Positions 24,157 through 36,125 of a stretch of 64,000 nt of DNA are shown in pieces. The DNA comes from Balanoglossus misakiensis. Its lineage: Eukaryota > Animalia > Hemichordata. The notes under the pieces are model-generated. The model ran no database searches. It was not told the DNA's origin and was given only the letters and a program-made list of their open reading frames with translations. Position 1 is the stretch's first letter; every line of letters starts with the position of its first letter. The position numbers and the translations under genes were made by a program. The stretch is from contig CM082578.2 of the NCBI GenBank assembly GCA_040954595.2, positions 5,686,831-5,750,830 on the forward strand, read 5' to 3'.

Positions 24157-25601
24157 AATGAAATTCGATTACCCCCCGGGATATATTTGTCATCTGTCTG
24201 CTGTCTTAATAGCGCTAAAGGTCGATTTCCAAATGCACTTATTTTCGACTTGAGAGGAACATGTACTTGAGTGTGTCCACTGTCCAACCCGATCCTGGCA
24301 TTCACATTTTGACGTACCCAATACCCCGTTTAGTAACAAACCTAAAGTACAGTAAAAGGGTAGGAATGTCACAATATGATTATTGTTCGCGATATTCACG
24401 CTAGTTTCTGAAAAGAACTTGTTTTCGTCAACGTTATTGTGGGCACATTTTATTTTGAAGAAGATGTTGAAGTACCAATAATAGTGCCGTGCGCATTGTT
24501 GAAGCCTGTTGTAAATCCCTCAGTGAGGTTTCCCAAATCACTGCTAACGGTGACAAAGTGGCAGATATAAATTTTACAGCTGTGTCATTGTCGATTATGG
24601 TTCCTTTGAATGAAGCCATCATATCTTCTTTAAGCCGGTCACTGTGCGCCGGTGTTCCGAGACACTTTTGAGCATTAATTCGAAGACACCATTAGCAGCG
24701 TGAGTGGAATCTGTATTCAGGTACACGAAAATGTAGATTCAATAACAGTTCTTTGAAGAAACCGACATTTCTCCATCCAAATGATCTATATTGATATATC
24801 TGTCATTCTGCACTTTTTGGTACTCTACTCGATGGGTTTCATGACGATATATCTCATTATATCTTCTGAAGTCGTGACATCCCCTGAAGTCACTGTGGTA
24901 GTGTATATACTAATGTCTGCTGCATGTAACGCCTAATATTTTTCAATTACCTATTCTGAATGTGTCTAACGCTGAAAGTGTGTGAACATTGAATGGGGGG
25001 AAACCATTAACATATGTTTTGGGTTGACTGGCTAAAAGTACTATATACGAAATACTTTATTTTCATACGAATTTATTTTCACTGAAAACAAAAAATGTTG
25101 AATTTTACCGAGATTATATTATCGCTGTTTCTTGCCAATGTAAGTGCATGGAAAGAATTGGAAAATAGAATTCTCACTGAGATTTTATTTCTGCAGACAG
25201 ATGAGTCAAGCGAAATTAATGATAATGAATTCCTAGTGAGAATTAAGTATCCTGTATTATTCTATGGTTCCACAACATGTAAGTATATAAACTTAGCTTA
25301 TTCTTATTTCTCTCTTAAATTTCCCCTGGTAGCTGCAGAATGTATCTTTCACCTTCGGGCATGTAATACAAATGAAGCTGGAGCATCAATAACTATATGC
25401 CAGGCCAGAAATAGCAGACATGTTTCAGTCAGGTAAAATATACCCGAGTTATTCCTGAGACCGAGTTTGTTCAAACTCGCCACACGAACAAAGAAGTATG
25501 GAGCCACCAGCAATCAAATACAAATGCCAGTCGTAGCTTTGTTAATTTTTAAATATTCATTTAGCCGAGACATTGATTCGGCTACTTTTGAACTGGGTCG
25601 T

Positions 25602-25944
25602 TTAAAGTCTCTCTCTTTATGCCCTTTTTCCATAATTATGTTTGATACAAGACAGTTTATGTTATTCTATATACATGTGGATATATAGTGAATCAATGTT
25701 CGACCACACACAACTTCCATCCCACTTGTACACACGAGATTGAAAAACTCGCCCAAGTGTCTCTACCGTTTATTTTTCATTTTGGCGAGATTTTTACTCT
25801 CATATCCTACTAACGTGATGACAGTTGTATGTGGTCGTACGTTGATTCACTATATATCCACATGTAGAATAAAATAAAGTGTGTCTTGTATCAAACACTG
25901 TTAATGGAAAAGGCCGGAGAGACAGAGAGACTTTGTCCCTTTAA
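25602..25944. mobile_element. Palindromic MITE with TTAA flanks (Kolobok-like ends)
   Basis: Whole element folds back: tgtttgatacaagac...catgtggatatatagtgaatcaa...cgaccaca pairs with tgtggtcg...ttgattcactatatatccacatg...gtcttgtatcaaaca. Right end TGTCCCT|TTAA; left end TTAA|AG with a short deletion. Confidence 0.75.
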
Positions 25945-28304
25945 AATCTGCACGCACGCACGCGGGCGCACACACACCGACACACACACACACACATACA
26001 CACAGAGCATTTTTCTTACAGCGGAACCAATCATTTGCAGCTAGGGATGGAAAAATTAAGCACAGTACAGTTCAGTAAAGCAGCCTTTATGCAACACAGT
26101 GTTCTGCTTTGTATACCTATGACGTAAATCATAGAAATCTATTTCAACTACAGAGTTTAACATACAACCCCACCGCTGCGGTGTTTTTACTGTAACTTAC
26201 AAAGTTCATGTCTAATGTACTTTAACTGCGCATGTGGTATTACCTCTGTGCATTCCACACTGTAATGAGAACATATTTACATGTAGCTTAATACTCTTTA
26301 AGTATTCCCTGCACCAGAATAGACCTGTACTGGTCATTTTGCTCTGTTTGTGGGAGATACAAAAACATGCTCTTGCTGATTTCTTAGATCACTGTGGCCC
26401 TTTGCTGGTGCAACAGTATAATAACAAGGGATTTAGGGAGTGAGAAATGGATGGCCTTCTCAGTGAGCGTACCTGACAACCCTCTGTGCAAAGTGCAATG
26501 TTTGCCATGATCTGCACAGATAGTTAGAATGATCTATCACTCTGATCCAGTCTTGTTCATCCATGGACACTACCCCTGCTGCTATAATACCACAAGTACA
26601 AACTAAACGCTTCGAGTCAAGGTTAGGGTAAATTGTATTAATCGTTCATACGACATGCGGAGAGCCGATATTAAAGTTAATCTTATTTTCTTATTGAACA
26701 CACGATTTTCATGATTTTTAAACCCAGGGAAATACATTTATTGGACTGACTTCTGCGTCTAATCGACGGCAACCTGTAAGCTATACTTCGGTGGCTTGCC
26801 TTTGGTGTTCCCGAAGGTGCAAATTTAGGAGTACATTAGACTACTGTTGTGAAGCGTGGGGGGGGGGGGGGGGACACAGCTTGAAAAAAAAACTTTCATC
26901 TATATAGAAGAGCCGTACGATATGCGATCTGTTGATTCATTTTCTTCGTTAATTTTATGTAAATCAGATACAGAAAATTATGCAGTCTTTATGTATCACT
27001 GGTATTGTGCATTATCCAGCTAAACTATTGTTTCCTCACGTCACTGACAAATAATTCCTAAGTATTCAATTCTATCTACTGATCATTAACGTGTTTATAA
27101 AATCGGAATTGACTACTACATGAGATGTGAGCTGTAGTACCGTAAACATCAGTATCAAACATCAGTAATTTCAAGTAAATATTCTAAAGAATTTATAAAA
27201 TATTCCTCTGTAATTTACCATTGCCAGTAACTTAATTGTTTGCGTAATCAATACTCATAAATTACCCTATACTGTGTTCATCTCCGTTGAAAATTGCTTG
27301 TTGCAGAGAGAGCAATTAGACCTCTCCTTTAAAGTGCACTAAATAAATAATATAATCACGGGAAAGGTCGAAGGTATAGACGCAAAGGAAGATAAATCGC
27401 CATAATCAAATTCATATAGAAATCTCTTTCCGGAATTAGTACAACTTGAATAAGCATGACTTGTGTATGTACGTCTTATTACCAGTAAACAATTCGGTAA
27501 ACGGAATAATGATGAAGCGATATACTAGCCTTTCATCCTGGCCCTCTTTTTATCCAGATTTTATGTCTTGACCGAGTTTTGTATTATGCCCACTTGCACG
27601 GGAATCAGCCGCAGCGTGGCTCCATCAAGCTTTATTTATATAGTCTTTTCTGTATACTATGTTTCGTCTAACAAAGCGTCGTTGTCATAATAATATTACA
27701 TCTTGAACAGGTCTGACTGCATGGCTGTAAGAATACAAATGTTTCTTTTTTTAATCCATAGAAGGTTCGCTGTGACAATATCATCATACATTGTACGCAT
27801 GATTCAGTGGAAATTGGTTTCGCCTTCGACATTATTTCCTGTTGATCTGCATATATAAAGGTAATTTAAAATGTAAATATCTGTCTCTTCTGGGGGTTCA
27901 GAAGATTGGTTCAGCAATCATTTGTATTGTAAAGAAAACAGCACGCCTGGTATACGTTCTTTGCCACTGAGATCATATATCCAGACGTAAATACGTTGAT
28001 CAGGTCATGAGTGGGCGAAGGCCCCTTTTTTGATGTACCGCTGGTGCAGATGGTTGCCTCAATTTTCCTGTTGTATGGCTTGCGACATGTTATAAACAGC
28101 ATATATCATATTATTAGCGGTGATACGTTTCGCCATCTTTACTTAACCTTTTGACCGCAAGTTGAGAGTGAATAGGCCAATACAATGTATACAATATACC
28201 CTTGGGCGCTTTGCAGACGGAAATCAGTCCGACTGCTTTCGCGCTCGTATGGCTACGGGCACAAACAATTCAAGGTTTGTTGTCATTAAGCGAGCTAAAA
28301 CTTA

Positions 28305-28454
<150 letters not shown>

Positions 28455-31400
28455 TTATTGGGAAGGATAGTAATCAAATAACATAACCAAATGTTTACTA
28501 TACCGTGTTTTCCTTACAAAACACCAATCTCTTTTACAATTTTCACAGGCAGGGAGATAGGTTGACGTTGTTTGTAATTGCCTATCCGCCAATTACAACG
28601 GATTGTTGTAAAATCTAAATACAGATATATAAACCAACTGTGATGAAACCTTGCTAACCTGCATGCATTGTGATCTTAGTCTAATAACCGAGGCAACATA
28701 TATTGAACCTTGCCTAATGAACAGCCAGTGTTCGGGTCCATGCCAACAAATTGTTATGTCAACGACATGAGTATATTCATTTAAAATCTGGTTTACAGTG
28801 GATTTTGGGTAGGTCACACTTCTCCCTACACGTGTTCGTACTCAGTATTCCGTAAAGCTGTCAAAAGTCGCGACCGAAACGCGTCGAAGCCCTTGAACAT
28901 CCCGGCTTTGCTCTTGCAACCGGGTTAAGATCTTACAGTCCCTATACGTTAACAGTGTCACATCATGTTCAAGTAGCTTATACTATGCCGATACGCATAA
29001 GTAAAGGATAAAAGGAAACTTTTTGAGTTTCGCTTTTAATACACGTACCTTTTTAGTTAACGTGCACTCTATCTATATCTTTCTATCTACTTTATCAAGA
29101 AACAATTGAATGGCTTGTATAGTAAAACCGATGGAGTTACACTGCTTTTTCTCACATATCCAAAAGCGTATTTTGCAATTTTTCACATTTGAGTGTTAAA
29201 ACCAACCTTAAATGCCTGAAAAAATACGACCTTTGGATGTCGTTATTTGCTCTTGGTGGTTCTTTGGTGAATTCGAAGTACATCACAGAAATCGATCAAC
29301 ATGTGGTCACGATTGTTAGTAATATTTAAGCACAAGACTTTCATACACACCGACAACGTTTTTTACATATCTATTAAGCTGCCGAATACTTTTAACAAAA
29401 AGCGTGCGAGTCAACTTTGCTTCCAGCTACACGTATGAACACCTGAGGGCAGAGTATTTTGTGGATGCAGAGCAACAGTTGTCTCACAAATGAAGAACCC
29501 TGATTAATTGTCTACTCAGGCTTCTATGACGATTTGTACAGCCTCCTCCCCCTTCCATTATGATAAGCCCGCAACGCCCTTAACTAGAGACCTACACTCT
29601 TGGGAGTGTCTGTCTAACAGATAGTGAACGATATGTAGCCTAATTCATGGACATAACCATGCACCTTTTGCGATCTTGGACTATAACCAATCTCCTCTAG
29701 CAATATGTATGTGGTCAATTTCAAAGTATCATCACGACAATCACTTCCGCTTGGTACATGTATATATATAATGAGTTCCCTCTGTCTTTAAGGTGGTGCA
29801 GTGATAGGAACCTCGGAAATAACAATGTCGCCGGTTCTACATGAAGACAGCTTTCTTAATTGCAATATCAATATTTTTAGAATAAGAGTATCGGCGATGT
29901 CATGGCGACGGAGAAACGACAAGTAGTATCATTTTCCATGTAGGAACCCCTAAAAATGTAAAAAGGGCAAGAGCCTTTGTATCCGTAGACGTGGCAAGGG
30001 CACCTTGACTCAAGGAACGTAGATGACAAAGGGCAAAGTGAAACATAAAATACTAGTGAGAATGCACGCAAATCGTAAGATCAAAAAATCGAGGGGGGGG
30101 GGAACTTCGTGCTCTCCCACCGTCGTTTCATTGCATGAATAATGTAGGTTTTGAATGCGATATAAACTGCGGAAAGACGTAAATAATTGAACGCTTCTTC
30201 GCCGGCTTATCATGATTAGCCGCTCCCAGACCTGCAAACTCTTGAAGTTGATCTACGTCAAAACAGTTTAGTTCGTAGGATGTATTCCTTAAAGCAAAAC
30301 TGTTCTAACCGTACTGTGGGTGTGCCACCGATGTTAAATCGAACATGAAAATGAATAGTGACCACATGTTTAACATCGCCACAGCGTGAAACTTGAGGGC
30401 ACATCTTACCTCACCGGTCACATTTCATCTACAGACAGTAGCCTAATCACATTTATCAGTAGGAATCGTTCATGTTTACGGGGGGGGGGGTGTAATCTCT
30501 CCTGGGGATCCCTCGTTTGTATCTGTTAACCACAAGACTAATTTTATTTTAAAAGACGGCGCGCCGAACTTCTGAAGATGAGTTTGGTGCATACAGTGCA
30601 TTTACATGTACAATTCATGACGAGCTAAATATTAGCCTCATATGCCGCCATGTCTAAAAGACGCGCATATCACCCATCAATTACTTATATATGCTATATA
30701 TTGATCGTCCAATATGACAAGAAATGGCGACTGTCATAAATAATTAACTAACAAAGCTAATGTCAACGACTTTTAATCTTCCTTGCTTGCCAGATCGGAC
30801 TATTTTCATGCTGAGACTATACGTGGGTCTTAGCAACACCAAATCACGCATCCGAATGTATCATCAACGTGTTAGTAAGAAAGGAGGTCTTTGTGGCCAT
30901 GGATCTCACACTATATGTTTTCCACGTACTTTACGTGTGTTTCGCAGACTTAACACATCATTTCTATGGAGGGCCTGGAGTATCAGGTCGTACTTCTGTA
31001 GCACCTTTCACTGAAAACCCAACAGCCCTTGCCCAGCCGTACCTCTGTTGGACATTGTTGACTCGTTATTACAACAGTTTGACCCGTCGCAGTACTATAT
31101 CAATTTTAAATCTTGCGCAGATGTCATGTCATAATTCCGGAAATCTAATCACACCCCTGCGGCACTTTCAGTTTTGAGCGGATTAGTTGTAAATGTACCT
31201 ATGCGACGGATATAAATATATGCAGCTAAATGCTGATGATGACGCAGTCTCAAGATTCACGTTTCTGACTCCCAAACAAGATTATAGTGAAATTATATAC
31301 AGCGAGGTCTACATGTAGTTGAACTGACGACATTGTGAGTTATGTACGAATTAAAAATTGTCTTGGACATAGTTAGTCTGAACATGCGGTATGAAAGATC

Positions 31401-32498
31401 GAGTCATGTTAAAGAAACATTGAGAGAAAGATTATCGCAGAAAAAAATCAAATGCCGAAAATATGATATGTTTGTATGTACCGTATTCATTTAAAGGAAA
31501 AGCTGAGCTCAATTTTCATACAGTTCGGTGTAAGAGTTCGATTTGAAAGGATTAAGCGACAATGTTGAATTTTAAATCCATTGGGTTTCTCAGAAATAGG
31601 ACCGAATTGACAAACCTGATTCCCTCTTATAATACGAACCATGGAAATTCTACCTCGAATGATCTATTGTACGTTAAAAAGTAATAGTCGACGGGCGGAC
31701 GTGCCAACAAGCATTCGTGTAATACATATACCGGCGTTGAGAGATATCAACTTCCAGGCAAACATTTCAGTTGGCTCAGCATTTCATGGCTGTATACAAT
31801 CCAAACAGATTGTTCGAGACAAAATATGGATTGGATGAGCTCCAATGTTCCTAAACATATGCAAGTTAGTACTTGTTTGACTTGAAAAATATAAACAAAT
31901 TCCGGCCATTTATTTCGGGATTTGCTCATTCAGAAACAGAATCATATTATTCTTTCTAATTTGTGGGAAACGTCTTAGGATGATTATTTATTTCCATTCC
32001 CTGGGTTCATCCTTACCAAACACTTTCATTAATGCTACACTTTGAGATAATTGGTTACGTAAGAACGGTTATAGCCAGTTTCATCAGTTTTGCAGGCTAA
32101 ATATCTCCCCGGCCCCTTCTTAAATGTCTGTTATATCGATTTTCCAATAAGCCGTTACATGTTATCATTCTCACTTCTAACATCTTCATTATTATTGATT
32201 TCGGCGTCCCGAAAGATTATTTACAGTCCATTAGCAATCAACATACATGTACATTTATGTCACATTCTTAAAAATTTCGCCTACAGTTCAATTTGCAAGG
32301 AATGAAGCAGTCGCACCGTGCAAGGATATAGAAGAGCCGGCCACACGTTGTACGCAGGTTTATCTCCTAAGTGCATCTGTAGAAGGCTTATTTTTCAAAA
32401 TCAACAGGATACAAATTGTAGGGTTGTGTGTGAACTCTTCACACAGCCACTCCATCAAAACTCAAAATATACTTTCATAATCGCATGCCACTTTCAGC

Positions 32499-32701
<203 letters not shown>

Positions 32702-33558
32702 GCATTGGGCCTGGGTACAGTTGCGGGCATCTTTACGATTCCAGTTTTGACACAATAGAAATAACAGTCTTCCCATATGGACAGAAGAATAGCACAAAAG
32801 CAGGTTTGTTTTGATTTTGTCGATAGGCTATGACAAACCATGAGTGATGCGATGTGATATGAATCATATGATCCAGTGCCGACAATAAAATGCACACAGA
32901 GCAAAATGCAATTTCAGTCCTACACTGTCATCCATGATGTATTTAATTTTTGCATGTCGACGTGATTTTTAACACTGAATTGGACAACTACATTGCAGAT
33001 TGAAAGCTTCTGAATATCTTAACACGCAAAATAGGGTACATATATGGTTATTACAAAATGTTCGTTTATAAAGCTAAAACTTTCACGACAGTTTTCGATT
33101 ATATATATACCAAGGCATTCAAAATATCAGTTTCATCATTGGACAGGAAAATTAGACGGGACCGTGAGATGCCACGTTCGTCCTGTCAACCCGTTTTAGA
33201 AACCACGCTACAATTCGTGTATGATAATAATACGAAGTACAAAGAGTTATATACAACTACATCATATGGTTAACGTTACTGCAGTGGACTGACTTGTCAT
33301 GTTTTCAAATGATCGACAGTCAGGAAGTATGCGCGAACAATAGCCACACTATGCTATCTTGTGATTGTTTGTGATGAGACTGCGAAAATCGGCAGGTTGA
33401 TCACATTGCACATGCGCAATGCCTTTATCTCGAACGAAGAGTCCAATTTATCAAAATGATAAATGTGTATTGGGAAAACAAAGCCCAAAATTATTCTTCC
33501 CGGCAAAGTGTGATATTTTGTTGAAATCCGACATATTATTATTTGAATTATTATTTTT

Positions 33559-33722
33559 ATATAATTTAGTAATAACCACAAGCCCCCCCCCCCCCCGCCG
33601 AGGATGGGTATACCTTGAGATGCAGCATGCACGAGCCGCAGGCAAGTGCATACATGGAGTGAATTGTGCTGTATCGAGTGGTATACCCACCCTCCATGGG
33701 GGTTATTGCTATTACATTATAT
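33559..33722. mobile_element. Short palindromic repeat element
   Basis: atataat..tagtaataacc...gaggatgggtatacc pairs with ggtatacccaccctc...ggttattgcta..attatat; centre gcacgagccgcaggcaagtgc. Confidence 0.55.
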
Positions 33723-34593
33723 CAACTTCATTTCGTTGCTAGACAAGTTAAAATTATTAAGAATCGGCCATGTTCAAAGAACGGGTTTTCCTCGAAACAG
33801 TGGTTCACGGTCTCTCCACACAGAGTGACCTTGAGTGGTTCAAATGAACTGGGATCTAGAACAAGCATTGTAACCCTCTCCAGAAATACGCACAAAAATG
33901 GAGACAATCACAACAATAATTTTCATGTCACGTTGTCAAACGAATCATGTTATTTTGAAGTGACATAATTATTTTGCCAGCAGTTATCTGAATCTTGCAT
34001 TGTTGTTTGTTTACGCATTCAATCTGTATATTCTGGGGCAAATATAACAGCGCATTATGCTTTAACCACGGCTTGCATAAATTAAAACAGACTATCAACC
34101 AATTTTAACGATGAATTTGTGGCCATGTTACACTGATAATTCTTTATTTAATCATCATCATTATTAGTATTATTAGAGGAAGTATATATATTGAGAGATT
34201 TGAATCTTACATTAGCAGTAGTAGTACCGAAATGGGACAATCTGTTTTACAAGGGAGAAAGGTTCGCAACGTGATGATGGACGCCTGGCGACAGACAAAG
34301 TATAAGAGTTCTTGCTTGAACATGTTATTTACCATATTGTAAGAACGACATTTACCTTTTGCTGTGGGCAAAGTAACTCGTCCACGTCAGCGAATACGCA
34401 CTGACAATGGTGAAGACAACTTGCTTGATTTATATTTGATTGCACTACTTATGAAAGTCTCTATATCAGATCCCGTTTTCCGGGATTTTCACGAATCTCT
34501 TGAAGAATAACCATATGAATATTACTTCTTCTGGGGAATTCGGAGGCTTAAACCGGGTTTATTTGTTGTGTAATTTCTCTAATGTTCACTCTT

Positions 34594-34630
34594 CTCGCCT
34601 GGCAACGATGCGTTACCATGGTAACGTCAC
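34594..34630. promoter_or_regulatory. Tandem RFX X-box motifs upstream of the GPCR
   Basis: Perfect 16-bp palindrome CGTTACCATGGTAACG at 34611-34626, preceded by the X-box-like ctcgcctggcaac (34594-34606) and overlapping a CRE half-site CGTCA. Confidence 0.5.
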
Positions 34631-35018
34631 GGGTCTACGTAAGGCTCGCTCGCCGCTCTGCTGTTTAATACCCAATAAAAGTGCCATGCTAAACATCAGC
34701 CATTCGTCAGTGGCGCACGAGACTTTGTCGAGCGAGTCGAGTCGCGCGCAGCTCTGCGTTTTCAAGACTGCCACCACACCTGACATAGTTGACTCTGCCA
34801 GGTAGTAGACAGCGTCGATGGCGATGGCCTTGCAGAACCCGCTTATGGCAAGAAATTCATGTCGATTTTACACGCATGATCGCCAACTCTCTACTTTCAC
34901 GTTTTCGTGTGACATATATGAAGACTAACGCTGTACAACCCGATCTAAAAGAGCTCCCATCAGACACACACAGCAACGTAAGTACGACTTGCCGTGTCAT
35001 TTTCGATCAGTGTGCACA

Positions 35019-36125
35019 ATGCAGGCTTACGCACTCCATGGAAACAGTTCGAGAAATATGAATGTGTCTTTTCCGTGCGACTATTCGAATAATTACGACA
35101 TTCACTGCAAACCGCTGGACAGGCTCCCGGCTTGTATCCAAAAGTCGAACGACCAGTTCATTGCTGGACTCAGCATCTGCACGTTGGGTATTGTTGGCAA
35201 CCTGATGTTCATGTTTGTTGTTGTGCGCATCCCGCATATGCGGACGGCCACCAACGCGTACCTCGTGAATTTGGCCGTTGCGGACCTGCTTCACCTGATG
35301 TCACACTGGTTGATGTGGATTTGTGCCATCGACAAAAGCTGGCTGGAGAAAAATCTGACCGCGATTTGCGTCACTGCATTTGTGTCTCGGGTCGCTCAGT
35401 ACGTCTCCCTGTTCACCGTCACCGTTCTGAGCCTGGAACGCTACACGGCGTTCTGCAAGCCCCACGCATATCGCGAAGGATTCATTCACAAACGCAAGCG
35501 AGTCATACAAGTCATATTTTTCAAGTGGAGTCTGGCAATACTTCTCAGTCTCGAATTCTTCACAGGGTGCTTAGACAGAGGTGGACGCAAGCTGCCGGAG
35601 CTGATTTTCGAATCGATCTTTGTGATCGTTGTATTTGGCCTGATGTGCGCGGTGATGAGCGTGTACTGTATAATTATACGCGAAGTGCACCGTATGCGCA
35701 ACACCAGTGTGACAGGATCAATACGAGCGCACGAGCATCAAATAATGAGGGTATGTCTAACAACAGCGCTCGTCCACTTCACACTCACTCTGCCGCTGAT
35801 GTTGCAAGTTGTGATTTACCTGCTCTTGAGGAACGGGGACGTGAACATCCCTCAAGACGTGTTCTGGTGCCTCAACAACCCGGTCGTGTACTCGCTGGAA
35901 ATCAACTCCTCGTCTAATCTGCTCATCTACAACGCCATGAGCTCGAAGTACAGGAAGGCGTTCAGAGACGCCTTCTCCATCGACTTCGGAAGACTGAGGA
36001 ATTGCTCGGAGAAAGTCCAAAATGTTCGTCGACCGAACTTGAACAGCCCCACCATAGACAAGGAGATGACTATCTTCAGTTCGTGTTCGCAGCCATACGC
36101 GGCCACAAGCGCAACAAATTGTTGA
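35019..36125 (+). CDS. Rhodopsin-class (family A) GPCR, orphan, TRH/neuromedin-U/GHS receptor-like; intronless CDS, 368 aa
   Basis: First in-frame ATG at 35019; N-glycosylation sites NSS and NVS in the N-terminus; seven hydrophobic segments; GIVGN, HMRTATNAYLVNLAVADLL, SLERY, NLLIY, helix 8 SSKYRKAF. Confidence 0.92.
   Translation: MQAYALHGNSSRNMNVSFPCDYSNNYDIHCKPLDRLPACIQKSNDQFIAGLSICTLGIVGNLMFMFVVVRIPHMRTATNAYLVNLAVADLLHLMSHWLMWICAIDKSWLEKNLTAICVTAFVSRVAQYVSLFTVTVLSLERYTAFCKPHAYREGFIHKRKRVIQVIFFKWSLAILLSLEFFTGCLDRGGRKLPELIFESIFVIVVFGLMCAVMSVYCIIIREVHRMRNTSVTGSIRAHEHQIMRVCLTTALVHFTLTLPLMLQVVIYLLLRNGDVNIPQDVFWCLNNPVVYSLEINSSSNLLIYNAMSSKYRKAFRDAFSIDFGRLRNCSEKVQNVRRPNLNSPTIDKEMTIFSSCSQPYAATSATNC

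Noticed and set aside
24190-24900. Coding-like stretch with short ORFs on both strands
   Set aside because: Stops in all frames, no recognisable motif or splice structure.
28858-28885. Penelope-type minimal hammerhead ribozyme (gtcgcgac-cgaaacgcgtc)
   Set aside because: The CUGANGA core is mutated to ctgtcaa and stem I does not pair; at best an inactive relic.
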